64,000 nucleotides of DNA from assembly GCF_036321535.1 (NCBI RefSeq), contig NC_087436.1:79052001-79116000 (forward strand). The letters are read 5' to 3'. The notes under the pieces were generated by a model. That model made no database searches. It had not been told where the DNA came from and saw nothing but the letters and a program-made list of their open reading frames with translations. Shown piece after piece: positions 41,222-52,990 of the stretch. A program made the translations under genes and the position numbers. The stretch comes from Camelus dromedarius. Lineage: Eukaryota. Each line of letters starts with the position of its first letter. The stretch's first letter is position 1.

Positions 41222-44200
41222 ATTTAGATCATTGATTTTAAACTTTTCTTCTTTTCTAAAATAAACACTTTAGTGTTAAAACTTGCCCCCAATGCTGCTT
41301 TAACTGCATTCTGCTAAGTTCAATGTTTTTATTATCATTCACTTCAAATGTTTTCTAATATTTTGTGATTTCATCTTCGACACATGGAAAATAAAGAAGT
41401 ATGCTCTTTAGTTCCCAAATAGTTGGGGGTTTTCTATCTTTTATTGTTGGTTTCTAATTTACTCCTATTATTGTCAGAGAATATAATACTCTACCATTTC
41501 CATCATTTGGATATGGAATTTAGAGGCTTAAGGTTCAGTGTATGGTCCCTCTTTGTGAACATTTCATGTGCACCTGAACAGAACATGTATTCTGCAGCTG
41601 CTGAGAGTCGTGCTCTATAAATGTCAATTAGGTCAAGTTGGTTGATAGTGTTGTTCAAATCTTCTACAGACTCTTTCCTCTTCTATCAATTACTGAGAAA
41701 GGCTGTTAAAATCCCCAAATTTGATTGTGGATTTGTCTATTTCCCCTTTTCTGTGCATTTGTGCTTCATGTATTTTGAAGCTCTGTTATTAGGAAGAGCA
41801 CGTCCTATTTGTACTATTAAAAAAGACTAGGAGTTATAGGACTAGGAGACTTCCTTGGAAGTAGGAGTAAAGTTCAAACTTCTAACAAGAAAAGGTCTGA
41901 TTGGTTTGGCCAGTGTCTAAGCAGCATGGGCTGTGCAGAGTTCTGGAGCCAGCACACCTTCTAGGCGACTATGATAACTGCTTTATCTGTTTCAGTCAGG
42001 GTCACATGCAGGGCACGGTGGCCTCTGCTAAAAGAAACTCTCAAAAGGAGCTTGTGGGCATGGCAGGAAAGGGTTTGGCCATCTAGTTACATGAATCATC
42101 ACTCTAATTTTATCCTTTAGGAATGGGAGATATGTACAAGCACATGCAACCTCATCATCCCTGTGTTGAGGACCACTCCAAGAAAAGAGAGGATCTTCAC
42201 GAGCCAACAGGACTGAGGAGCTTTAGTTTACTTCATCTGTGTGAGGGGTTACCTGCCCAGGTATGGTAAGAAAAGAATACAGAACATACAATGCATTTCC
42301 CTTGCCTCCAGTATCTTGTGCTCATAAAACGAAGTTCTAAAGGCCTTAGTTTTTAACTAGTTTATGATTTTTATCAGTCATTTAATTAACAAATGTGTAC
42401 TGCATCCCAACTTTGTGGAGGGAAATTAACAGAGCCTTTGCCCTGACAGACCTCAGAAATCAACAGAAGAGTGGCATCGTCACAACTTTACTTCGGGAGG
42501 ACTAACTTCATCTCGATGTTTGATCAGACTGGAGGCAGAGAAACCAGTTAGAAGGCTATTACAGTAATTAGTTTAAGGTAGAGAGAAATAGATGGTCTGA
42601 TTTAGGATATTAAAAGAAATGAATAATATAAGACAGAAATGACAAATGCTCTGTGCTTTTACATTTTTAATAGTCTCTTAGAGAATATTACCAGTGCTCA
42701 AACACTGTTCTCTTTCCTAGTTACAGGTGGAGGACAACCTGGTAAACAACTGTTTTCCTTCATGCACATAATAACATAAAGTCGTGACCTATCACCGTAT
42801 CATAGATGGGTAATTTGTCAGATGTTGGGACAGAAACATCTGAATGCTTAAGAACTATACTTTTGTACCTAGAGGACTACCAGCACTAACTGGTTAACTA
42901 TACTACTTGGATTTTAGCTTTCATTTCTAAAATCTAACATCAGCAACTGAAAAACTAGATACAGAACTACATTTCTCAAACAAAATTGGGAACAGTGGAC
43001 TATAGGACATGAGTCTTGAGAAAGAACTGAAAAGTTTGTACTTTCATTTCAATAATACGTATTTTTTAAAGTATACCCTGGATCATCTAGATTACCATCT
43101 TATATCCGCCATCAATGGTACTAGAATTAGAGTGAACTAAAGAAAAAGGCATAGAAAGGTCTTATAAGGTAAATGATATATTTATGCCAAGTGAAAGCCA
43201 AAACACCTAACCAGTGATTTAAGGAGGAAAGCTCTGCAGCATTCAAACACAGGAAAGTGGTGTAGGAGTTATCATAGGATATACAGTAGACAGAAAACTG
43301 CATGCCTCGCCAAGGCAGACCAGAGTATACTCACTATGCAAAGAAAGATTTCATTTCAGCAAAACAACATCATCCATCACCCTAAATTTAATTCGTTTTA
43401 CTGATTTTATAGTTTTGTTTATATTTCATTTATAAATTTACTTCTGTTTTATACTTGCATAAAAGCAATAAGCATAAGGAATTTATATACATCAAAAAAT
43501 CAAATATTTCAATAAAATAAAATTATTTAGGCCAATACTGAGGAGCCATAATCTTTTTTTTTCCTTTAAGGGGGATTGTATATTACTCATGCTTAAGACT
43601 AACATGGTGGAAACAACAAGGGGATTCAAATCAGAAAGATCCACCTCCAAATCTTGACTCTCTTAGCTGCTTATCATGCAACACTAAGCAATAATCTCTC
43701 TAAACTCTAGTTTATTTGCAGGGTTACTGTGAAGATTAAGTGGTACACTAAAACTGAAATGAAAATTCTTCTCTTCTTTCTCTATCTAAATTAGCTTCTC
43801 CTGATTTCTCTCTTTTCTAAATTGGCACTCAATATTCTGTCAAAAAGCAAAGTTTAAGATCATGTCATCTTTGATCTCTCTGCACAGAACTATTTATCTG
43901 TCTTGTATAATGAAGATTATACCTTCACAATGTCTCCTTCCCACTGCAACCAAGAGCTTCCAGATCTCCAAAGCTTGGGGCCAACTAGTTTACTTTTACC
44001 TTTATCTCCTCTTACCTACAATACATACTACATAAAAAGCTAAGGATTTATCTTCCTCGAGTACATCTCTGAGGTTGTCATTCTCCTACTCAAAATTTTT
44101 CTGTAAATCTCAAGGCCTTCTGCATTAAGGCTCTACCCAACCGATCCTTCCAACTTTACCTCCAGCAATTCCTAAACTGAAAGCTTCTTGAGGCAAAGAT

Positions 44201-46211
44201 ATTGAATCCCTAGCATAGTATGTAACACATAATGGATACCCAATAATAATATTTGAAAAAAAGAATGGAAATCTGTCAGTGCTCTTCTCCACCAGAAGAC
44301 ACCAACTATCTCCACTGGCATAACCCTTCCTTCATTCCTTTCTAACACACTTCTTATTAAGACAATCGTTCTAACCACAACAATCTGAAAACTGGTCTTT
44401 TAAAGACAATCACAAGAAATCCCAAAAGGACAACAGCATTCTGTGATTTAAAGAAACAAAAAAGGCAAGCCAGTGAAAAAAGCATTTAAATCTCTCTCTT
44501 TAATTATTTTAAAAATTCTTAGTCTAATCAGCTGCTTGGTCTTAGCAGCTGGGTTGGCATGGATCAAACAACTGCAACATAAAAGCTGTAAGAGAACACA
44601 CACACACACCCCAAAACAGAACCAGATTCCTACTGGATAAAACAAGAATATCAGACAAATGATTTTTTAAAAATCATTAACTAAAATTTCTGAGTACTTC
44701 TCAGTTATTTCTCTTAAAAAAATTTTTTTTTGGTTTCTTATTCTTCCAATGAATGTATTTGGACACACAAATGTCCAAACTACACAAACACATACACACA
44801 AAATATTTCCCCTCTGAATAAAATACATAATGAATAATATTGTATAACATACTATGATATCATCTCTTTGTAGGAAACTTGGATAAGGAAAATCACTGCT
44901 AATCATAAACGTTACCAGTGTTCATTTCTTATACATTCACCTCTCTGTAGACTCAACCTTCCACTGACCTAACCTTCCACTACAAAAGCTGAAAAAAAAA
45001 CAAGGTCCCAAGTTAATGTACAAAAATTTGATTCACATGTAACTTTTCAGTAACACTGCTGGGAATCTGCAGCACAATCTAAAACATACATGGTTATTTA
45101 GGTAACCTAACAAAATGAGACTAGCTGTCATAAAGTCAATCAATCCAATTCTCCAGCTCTTTAAACAAAGAGCTAACAAGCCTAGTTTAAATAAAAATAA
45201 AACATTCATTCTCAATTCACCTTCAACCAACTTAAAAGACTCACAACAAGTGTATGCATCAAGCCATCACAACTTCCTTCTTAACAATGAAGGTAAAACT
45301 TGTGAACCAAAATAGAGCTCCCGGAGCGGTATTCCACTTGGATCATAAAATCTACTGCAAAATCTTCCATTAACTTTACTCTCTGAATTCATGAAATGGA
45401 TAGGAGGCAAGGAAAAACATGGATATCAAATATGACTGACAGTATCTCAATTGTTATTTGCCAAATGGCAGGGGCCAAGGGGGTCCTCTATGGATGACAG
45501 CTCCATAAAAGAAAAAGACAACAGTTTTAATTATTACAAAACTGGTCCATATGCTTAAAAAATGTGAACATCCACCCCCCAACAAGTTATAGACTATAAT
45601 GTAAGACACAGAGCTTAAATGCAGAATAAAATGCCAATGCTCTGCCTCCCTAAAGAAACATACAACCTGATAAACTGCTTAACATCATCAAACCAACACC
45701 CGCCAGAGTGGTTATTTTATATATTAAATCAGGAAATCATGATAAGTGCTAGCGGTTCCTCTAGGCCTCAGCAGCAGCCTTGGGTATAAGAGCAAACTCG
45801 AGCCTTCTTAACACTCAAAGAATAATGTTGATGTCATTACAAGGCTACTGATTCTTCTGCACTCTGAACTAGTCATTCCTTGATCCACAACGCAATTCTT
45901 TTTCCACCCAGCCTCTCCCCGAAATAGAGACCTCAAAACAGAGCAGCCCTCGGGTATCCCCTTCTCCTCTACCTCCGGCGGCTGCCGCTTTCTCCTCCCT
46001 CCGGCTCCGAGGTGGGGGCTCCAGAAGGTCCCGGGCAATTCCGAGCCCGGGCGGTGCTTGTTTGCCTGTTCACGGTCGCGCTGGCCGGCCGCTTCCTTCC
46101 CCAGTCTGCGCGAACTGGAGCGCTACAGGGATCCCGGGGGCCGAGGAGGGAGCCGGGGTGGCGACGCCGCCGCGGCCGCCGCCTCTGGTATGTCAGGGGC
46201 CGGGATTGTAT

Positions 46212-46231
46212 TTCGAAAGATCCGCCATTTT
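46212..46231 (-). promoter_or_regulatory. YY1 motif overlapping a CDE, 4-nt spacer, then CHR variant: AAAATGGCGG-ATCT-TTCGAA
   Basis: Read directly on the minus strand. Matches the established CDE (GGCGG) + 4 nt + CHR (TTYGAA) layout and the YY1 consensus AANATGGCGG. Confidence 0.7.
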
Positions 46232-46284
46232 CACCTCGTCATCACCATCACAGCTCAGCAGCTTCCCCGACAGCCCGAGCCCGG

Positions 46285-46308
46285 GCCGCCGCCGCCGCCG
46301 CCGCCGCC
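46285..46308. repeat. (GCC)8 / (GGC)8 trinucleotide repeat in the LIN54 promoter or 5' UTR
   Basis: Eight perfect GCC units counted. Confidence 0.95.
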
Positions 46309-48352
46309 AGTAACCTCCCCCTTCCTCCTCCTCCCCTCCCCGGCCCTCCCCTCCGGAGAGGCGCACACCCACATATCCGGGGAAACCTCCCGCCGGCCCC
46401 GCCAACCTTCAAATGCTCAGGGAGGCACAAATGCACACACAGCCCACGCCGAGACCTTTCACCCCGCCACGAAAGATGGAGCTCCTGCGGGCCCGGTGGC
46501 AACGCGAAAGGAAGTCGCGCTACCTGCCGGATCCCAAGTCCGGCATATTTTTGTTTTGAAGAGCAAAAACCATGCGGAAAGGGGCACGAGGACAATAAAG
46601 AGCCCAAACTCTTTCATTTTCAATAAAGCAACTTGGGAGAGATGATGGAATGCGTTTTGTTCACTGTGTCCATCGCAGACACTAAAAACAGGATCAAGAC
46701 AGTTAATGTCACTCACCAACTCTGACATTTTCCTCCACCGTAAGCACAGAACGGGCTATTTCCATGGGCAAGTCTGACCTCTCTAATACATCTGTAAATT
46801 ACAGGCACTGATTCTTAGGCAGACATTGTGGTCAGAACGTTCGGTTTTTAAAATAAACTTCAAAACTATTTTCCTCTCCATTTAATTTCGTCTAATCATT
46901 TCTGTCTATAAACACTGTGACTTCCAGTTCGTTTGTCATTGGTTTAAGGCGTCAAAGTGCAACCAGGTTTAAAATGTGTTGACCCTATTCATGAGTGAAC
47001 AATTTCTAAAATACAGAAAATATACCTCTAAACTAAAATTCTTTGCCAAATGTTTTTAGGATCTCAGTCACCAAATTAAAAAACAAATCTACCACTGATA
47101 TGTTTATTCGATACAATGAAAATAAGCAGCTTGCTTTAGAACAAGATCCCAGAGTTATCCACCGACCCCCACCATGATGCAGTTTAATAAATAACTAAGA
47201 GAATATAAGTATATTTTGATCATCAAAAAAATAGAAGCTCCTGCAAGGCTTCTGACGGGACCAGATTTTTTTTCACAAAAAGAAACTGGTTACCGTTGTT
47301 AATTTCAGATTTGATAACCACGCATTCAAAAGATGAATTCTATACTATTCAACTACAGCATAAGCTCTAAAAGATCTGTCTGAAATGAGCAAATTGAATT
47401 TGAAGGTTTCGAACAGAGACACTCAGTTTTTTTTTTTTAAGTTAGTTTAAGAAAAGAAAGGTAGAAGTTGAAAAAGTCATTTCATTTCCTTACCTTGCTT
47501 GAATGACAACTCCATATAAAAGTCAGCAGATTCAGGCTTAAACAAGTGCTATCTATCGCCCAGCCCAGTCGCCGTTTCTATAATCCTGCTAGATGCCAAG
47601 AGTATCAAACCTTCCCAATTTCTTCATCTTTAAACTTTATTTCCCCACCGCCAGCCTCGTCCACCCGCACTCCGCTTGGTGTTTACCGTTGCTTGGCCAA
47701 TCTAAGTCCTGGCCGGCTCCCTTCCCCCGTGCACCTCGGGAACATTATGACATTTGGCTGGTGGGCTTCGCGAGGAAAACGGACATACACGAAGAAGACA
47801 CCATACAAAGGGGCGTAGGAAGAACGGGGCGGCGGGCAGCAGGGAAAGGAGGGGCTGGTACAAAATGACACAGCAGCAAAACCGGTTCCCAGAAACCCGG
47901 GGCCGACACGGCGGCTCCTCGGGCCGCGCACTGTGCGTGTCAACAGCCGCGGGAGCCCTTCCTCCAGACGGCGGGGAAGGGCGGGCTGCCGGCCGAGCGC
48001 CGGCCCAGCCGGTGACAGCCGCCCTCTCGAGTGCCGGCGGGAAGAGGCCGAGCCTGGAGGATCCTCCCGCCTCCTGCGGCCCGGGGATGGGGCGCGTCGG
48101 CCCCCAGACTGCAGGTTCCCGCTCTCTGCCACGACCCACCAGCCCCGGCTCCCGAAGGGGGCGGTCCGGCGCCCTCCGCCCGCGCCACCACCCACAGCGC
48201 TCTCTTCCCGCTCGCCCGCCCAGAGGCCCCCACCCCGGGGGGCTGACACTCACCAAAGCCGGCGGCGCCGCCGCCTTCTCCTCGTGCCGCGCTCCCTGGG
48301 CTCCCAGCAGCCGCGGCGGCGGCGGCGCCTCGGAGACACAGACCCGGGGTTG

Positions 48353-48368
48353 TTCAAAATCACGCGCC
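48353..48368 (-). promoter_or_regulatory. CDE/CHR element GGCGCG-TGAT-TTTGAA
   Basis: Canonical CHR TTTGAA preceded, after a 4-nt spacer, by a GC-rich CDE. It lies just downstream of the GC-box cluster. Confidence 0.75.
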
Positions 48369-48566
48369 CAGCGCCATTCCACCGCCGCATCCCATAATAC
48401 GTTGGGCCCTCCCCGCCCGCGCGCCCCTCTCCGCCCGCCCCTCCACTCCGCCCGCCCCGCCTCTCCGGCCGGCTTCCTTCGCCCCGCCCCTTCCGCGCCG
48501 CCTTGCCCCTCCCCTTGGCAACCTAGCTAGCGTCATTCCGCAAGGCGCCGGGAGTACGCTCCTGCT

Positions 48567-48575
48567 CCACGTGAC
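48567..48575 (-). promoter_or_regulatory. E-box GTCACGTGG (USF/TFE-type)
   Basis: CACGTG at 48568-48573 with a GT flank, at the upstream edge of the CpG island. Confidence 0.5.
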
Positions 48576-49699
48576 TCCCAGTGGCGCTCTGTCAAAACGT
48601 TCCATCGGGCTGAGGCTGGGAGGGGGAAGAGCGGGGTTGGGAGGGACTGCCTTATCTTCTAGCGTTCCTTGTTTGGAAGTCTGTGCTGTAGGTGGCATTT
48701 CCAGCATCTTGTGGCTGTTCGACGTGCTTGGGTGGGGAGGTGATCAGCAATCACAAATGCCAAATCTCTTCGTTTTTTAGGCAGTGATTTTACAGGGGTC
48801 TCTAAAAAGCCCCTGAGAGACCACGCAGAGTTAAACTTATTTAAAGGGACTTTTTTTTTTTTTACAGTATACAGCCAAGAGTAACACAATCAAAATTCTT
48901 TGTATTTGTTCACCTTTTCCTTCTTTTATTTTTCCGCTATTCTTTTTATAAGATAAGAAAAGATACCCAAATTTGAAGTCGGATAAGCAGGTACTGAGAG
49001 ATTCAGTTAATAACTGCTCTGTGGGACAAAAACTACAGAGGAAACAATAGAAAATACAAATGTGTATACATAATGTAAAATAGTGTGGTACCATTACAGT
49101 CTTGTAATTGCTAATGGAGCAGGGAGGACATACTGGTCAACGTGAGGCACTGTAGCTTCAGAACACAATGGAGGAGGTGAGACATGCTGTAGTGGAAGCA
49201 GCAATCACTTTGGAGTCAAGCAGTCCTGGTTTTAAATTCTGGTACCTCCACTTATTAGTGTGTAATATTTATCATGTTTTTTTTCCCATCTACAAAAGGA
49301 AAATAACAAAATTTCCCAGGATACGGAGGATCAAATAAAGTGAGGGGTGCAAAGTAGCTACAAATAGTCTTTGCTTTAAAGGCTAATTCTATTTTGCCAT
49401 AATCAACACCATCCTGTACCTTCCACTTTAAAGTCTACGGTTAGGATTTTGCAAGGCAAGTGGCATGAAATTAGCAATGGCTTGGAAGTGGGAAGGTCTG
49501 GGGCCTGTGCAAGGAACGTGAGAAAGCTGAATGATACACAGGGTTTACTGAGGATCAGTAGGTGAGTCCAGTTTATGAGGAGCTTTGAGAGCTAGTGTAA
49601 GAACACAACCTCGTGGTTAAATGATTGGTGGTGCTGTGGGGCACCTCTAGAAGGAAGAAGAGTGAGATGGGTACACAAACCCAGTTAGAATCTAGGGAA

Positions 49700-50300
49700 A
49701 CAGAATTTCCCCCCAAAGGAGAAAATTTCCCAGTATATTCCACAAAGTTAGCATAACCCAGATAACAAAACCCAAGTCAGACGGTACCAAAAGAAGGGGG
49801 CGGGCGTTGGAATTCTTTTCTCACTATGACTTTGTTACAAAGACAAAATTGAATATTAAGACATAAAATCCAGTAACGTGGTAATAAAGAGAATTCACAC
49901 CATGACAAAGTACAGTTTATTCAAAGAATGGTGGTTTAACATTAAGAAATCATGACATTTATTAAATTAAAGGAGAAAAGTCAAATGATACGCTCTAGAG
50001 AAGTATTATATAACATTCAACAGCCATTGCTGAATTTTAAAAATTCTCAGTAAACTAGAAAGAAAAGAACAGTTCTTTAATTGGATCAAGATAATCATCA
50101 GAAAATAACAGTAATGTCGTACTTAGAGTGAAACAGCAGATGCACTCACATTAAAATCAGGGGCCAACAAAGATGCGGGGCTATAGGGGCTATTATTTAA
50201 GATTTTTCAGGGCGTCTTAGCTAAATGCAATTAAATAAGAAAATAAGAAAAAAGAAGTTTAAATAGTGGAAAGAAGAGACCAATTGGTCCTCATTAAAAA
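49700..50300 (+). mobile_element. Degraded L1 ORF2 (reverse transcriptase region) fragment
   Basis: caccatgacaaagtacagtttattcaaagaatg...aacattcaacagcca...attctcagtaaactagaa. Confidence 0.65.
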
Positions 50301-50309
50301 TAATTATAG

Positions 50310-50545
50310 AGAGCTCAGTGTTGTGGTTAATTGCTCGGCCTTTGGAGCCAGACTGCCTCGGCCCAAATTCTGGCCCTGCCACTTAATAGCTATGTGAATC
50401 TAAGCAAGTTTCTTCTTGTGCCTCAGTTTCTTCATCTGTAAATTAGGAATAAAGCATCATCATAAGGTTGTCATGAAGATTAATGAGGTACTATGTACAA
50501 AGCCCTTTGAACACTGCCTGGCATATGGTAAGTGCCCATGACTGA
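50310..50545 (+). mobile_element. MIR
   Basis: ctttggagccagactgcc...ctgccacttaatagctatgtga...gcctcagtttcttcatctgtaaa...cctggcatatggtaagtgc. Confidence 0.85.
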
Positions 50546-50790
50546 AAACTAATAATAACCAAAGCTACAATACAGCCTAAAATGTAATATAATTTTTTAC
50601 TTTTTTCGAGGAAAGCATTTTAGCCCCTAAGAACCACTACTATTTAAACAAAAGAAAATCTTTGCTTACATTTGTATGCTGGCTTTTCTAGATGAACTAA
50701 AAGCATTTATTCAACAAATATTTGTTGATCATCTACCAAATCCTAAGCACTGAGCAAGGCACTGGGAATAAAGTGCTGAACAAGACAGAG

Positions 50791-51000
50791 CAGCTCTATC
50801 CAACGGAACTTTCCGGGAAGGTGGAACTGTTCTACATCCACACTATCTGATACAGTAGCCTCTAGGCTACTGTGTGGCTATCAAGCAACTGAAATGTGGT
50901 TAATGTGGCTAAGGAACAGAATTTTCATTTTATTTCATTGTCATTAATTTAAATACAAATAGCCACATGTGGCTGATGACTACAATATTGGATAGCATGG
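50791..51000. mobile_element. MER3-type hAT-Charlie MITE
   Basis: Matches the MER3 consensus as I recall it over about 210 bp; inverted ends gctctatccaa...ttggatagc and internal tagccacatgtggct palindrome. Confidence 0.8.
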
Positions 51001-52364
51001 TTTTAGAGGAAATGACAGCCAATAACTAGTAGAAAAATTTAGAGATTTTAAATAAAGGAGGTTTCTGAGGAAAATATCAATACGAAAAATGAAAAGATGG
51101 TATTGAGGTATGAGTTGGGTAGAGTTATCAAAAGAAAAAACAAAATGTATTACTGGGCATCTATTACATACCAGGTATACTGCTAGGTACAAAGTACACA
51201 CTAGTTAATAAAATTTTCTTAAAATATATTCATTTCCAAAAGATTATTCAGAAGTTCCTTTGCTCTTGAGTCTATTTGTCATAAGCCCAAGATGTCTCTA
51301 TACAAGCAACCAACATGTATAAATCTGTATAAGTGTAATTATCACATTTCTTTTTCATTATCATATAAAACTTTTTAGAACAGATCCAGAGCTCCTTATC
51401 AACAATTTTAAAATCTAAAACGTTTTGAAAACTGAAATTTCTGGACCCTCATGACAAACTCATTTAGTAGGAAAACCAATATGACATAAGGTATTAATAT
51501 TCTTTAGAATATTTAATGTCTGAGTATTCAATATACATCAGTGCAGAAATATATGTTTGATTATGGAATTTGATAAAGACCTAAGGGGTTGGAAGGAACT
51601 TTCTGAGGTGATGGCAATGTTTTTGACCTTGATTGTGGTCTTGGTTGCATAAGGTTATATACAATGGCCTGAACTCATTACGCTTAAAACAGATGTTTTA
51701 GTATATGTAAATTATACTCCACTAAAGTTGGTTTTAAAAGAAAAAAAAGGAGTGTTCTTATAATCTGCACATGCTTTCTAAAATTCAAAATATCCTTAAT
51801 TCCAAAAACACATAGATACCCAAGGATTTGGACTAAGGGAATATGGATCAGTATACTTTGAACACACTCCAGGTTTTTACCTTATGGCACATGATGTGAT
51901 TAATAATGTCAAACCACCTGAAAAAATAAAGTCAACCACTAAAGTCATCTGCTGGGCCAGGTAGGATTCATTTACTTTTCCTCTGGCTATATGATTTCTT
52001 TGCCTCCATGATTGTTGTTTTTGATTTTCTAATTAAAATGATAGAAGTAGAGGATCCTCTGTAATGTTCTGATGTACTTGTCCTTCTAGGGGTGTAACCA
52101 TCCCTGTGGTTAGGAGTGGGGTTTTCCCTTGAAGGAAGTAGATATTGCCAAACTCCCTCCATCATCCTAAGAGGCGCATCTTGAGACAGGATATGGGAAC
52201 TTGAAAGAAGGGCTGACACCGGGAGAGGGAAATGCTTCCTTTCCCTCAGCTTTGCTTATTTGGACCTGGACACAAAGAATTTAATGTGTTTGAAAGTGTG
52301 TGCCCACCTTTCCACCTAGTAGGAGAAAGAAAATATCTCCCTCCAGAGAGACTGAAAACCAGGT

Positions 52365-52990
52365 AGCGTTTTTGTTGTTTTGATTTTGGTTTTAATTACA
52401 AAACATCTTAAAATTCTTCGTGGCTTATAATCACAAGCATTTATTTTTCTCATGAATTGACTGGGTTCATTGACCTAGGCAGGGCTCAGGTAGGTTTGGA
52501 ACCCAGGCTTACGGTTGGGTTCCCATCTGTTTTGTATATCAAGATTCTGGCCCCAAGCTGATAGGGCATTAGCTACCCGGGCACACTCTCTTAGTGGAGC
52601 ACAGGAACACAACAGCTTTATTTATTTATTTTTAATGGAAGCAATGGGGATTGAACCCAGGACCTCGGGCATGCTAAGCATGTGCTCTACCACTGAGCTC
52701 TACCCTCCCCACTGCATAGGAACACGACAGGAATGAGTGGAAACATGATATCCTTTTTAAGGCTACTTCTCTGGCCAACTGGCACACTGTCACTTCTGCC
52801 AGACAACTGCCACTTGTTTCATTGGCCAAAACAAGTCATATGGCCCAACATCAATAAGACGGAGGATGTATATTCCTTTCTACACTAGTGAGGTAGAAGG
52901 TACATGGCACAGGGTGTAGGTGTATTACCAGTTCTAGCACAGAGAGGGAATGAAGAATTGAGGGCATTGATCCAAACTACCAGAAGAGGC
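52365..52990. mobile_element. MLT1-type MaLR LTR interrupted by a SINE
   Basis: aagcatttatttttctcatga...cactgtcacttctgcc...cattggccaaaacaagtcatatggcc. Confidence 0.7.
52616..52717 (-). mobile_element. tRNA-derived SINE (Vic-1-like)
   Basis: ggggattgaacccaggacctcgggcatgctaagcatgtgctctaccactgagct. Target-site duplication aggaacac(a/g)acag. Confidence 0.85.

Larger units (their letters stand above)
37480..41800 (-). mobile_element. Old L1 (3' UTR to ORF2) interrupted by LTR sequence and a MER58-like element
   Basis: Antisense L1 text at about 37480-38220 (atctcattgtggttttaat...taatgatgttgagcatttt) and 39690-41800 (tataaatgtcaattaggtcaagttggttgatagtgttgttca). Confidence 0.8.
45950..46550 (-). 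promoter_or_regulatory. LIN54: CpG island; proximal LIN54 promoter and probable non-coding exon 1 (candidate donor GAG|gtagag at 45973/45972)
   Basis: High GC and CpG density, a (GCC)8 tract, a YY1 motif and a CDE/CHR element, lying upstream of LIN54 exon 2. The donor position is an inference. Confidence 0.75.
47640..48620 (-). promoter_or_regulatory. LIN54: CpG island; distal LIN54 promoter and alternative non-coding exon 1 (donor TTG|gtgagt at 48254/48253)
   Basis: Very CpG-rich. Clustered GC boxes (ccgccc) at about 48410-48500, an E-box at 48568, a CDE/CHR at 48353-48368 and a consensus minus-strand donor downstream of them. Confidence 0.75.

Noticed and set aside
46012..46645. Overlapping ORFs of 70-204 aa on both strands in the proximal CpG island
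   Set aside because: Ala/Pro/Arg/Gly-rich and open in several frames at once, as expected from stop-codon depletion in GC-rich DNA; no recognisable protein.
47683..48707. ORFs up to 258 aa in the distal CpG island
   Set aside because: Same CpG-island artefact; low complexity and no domain.
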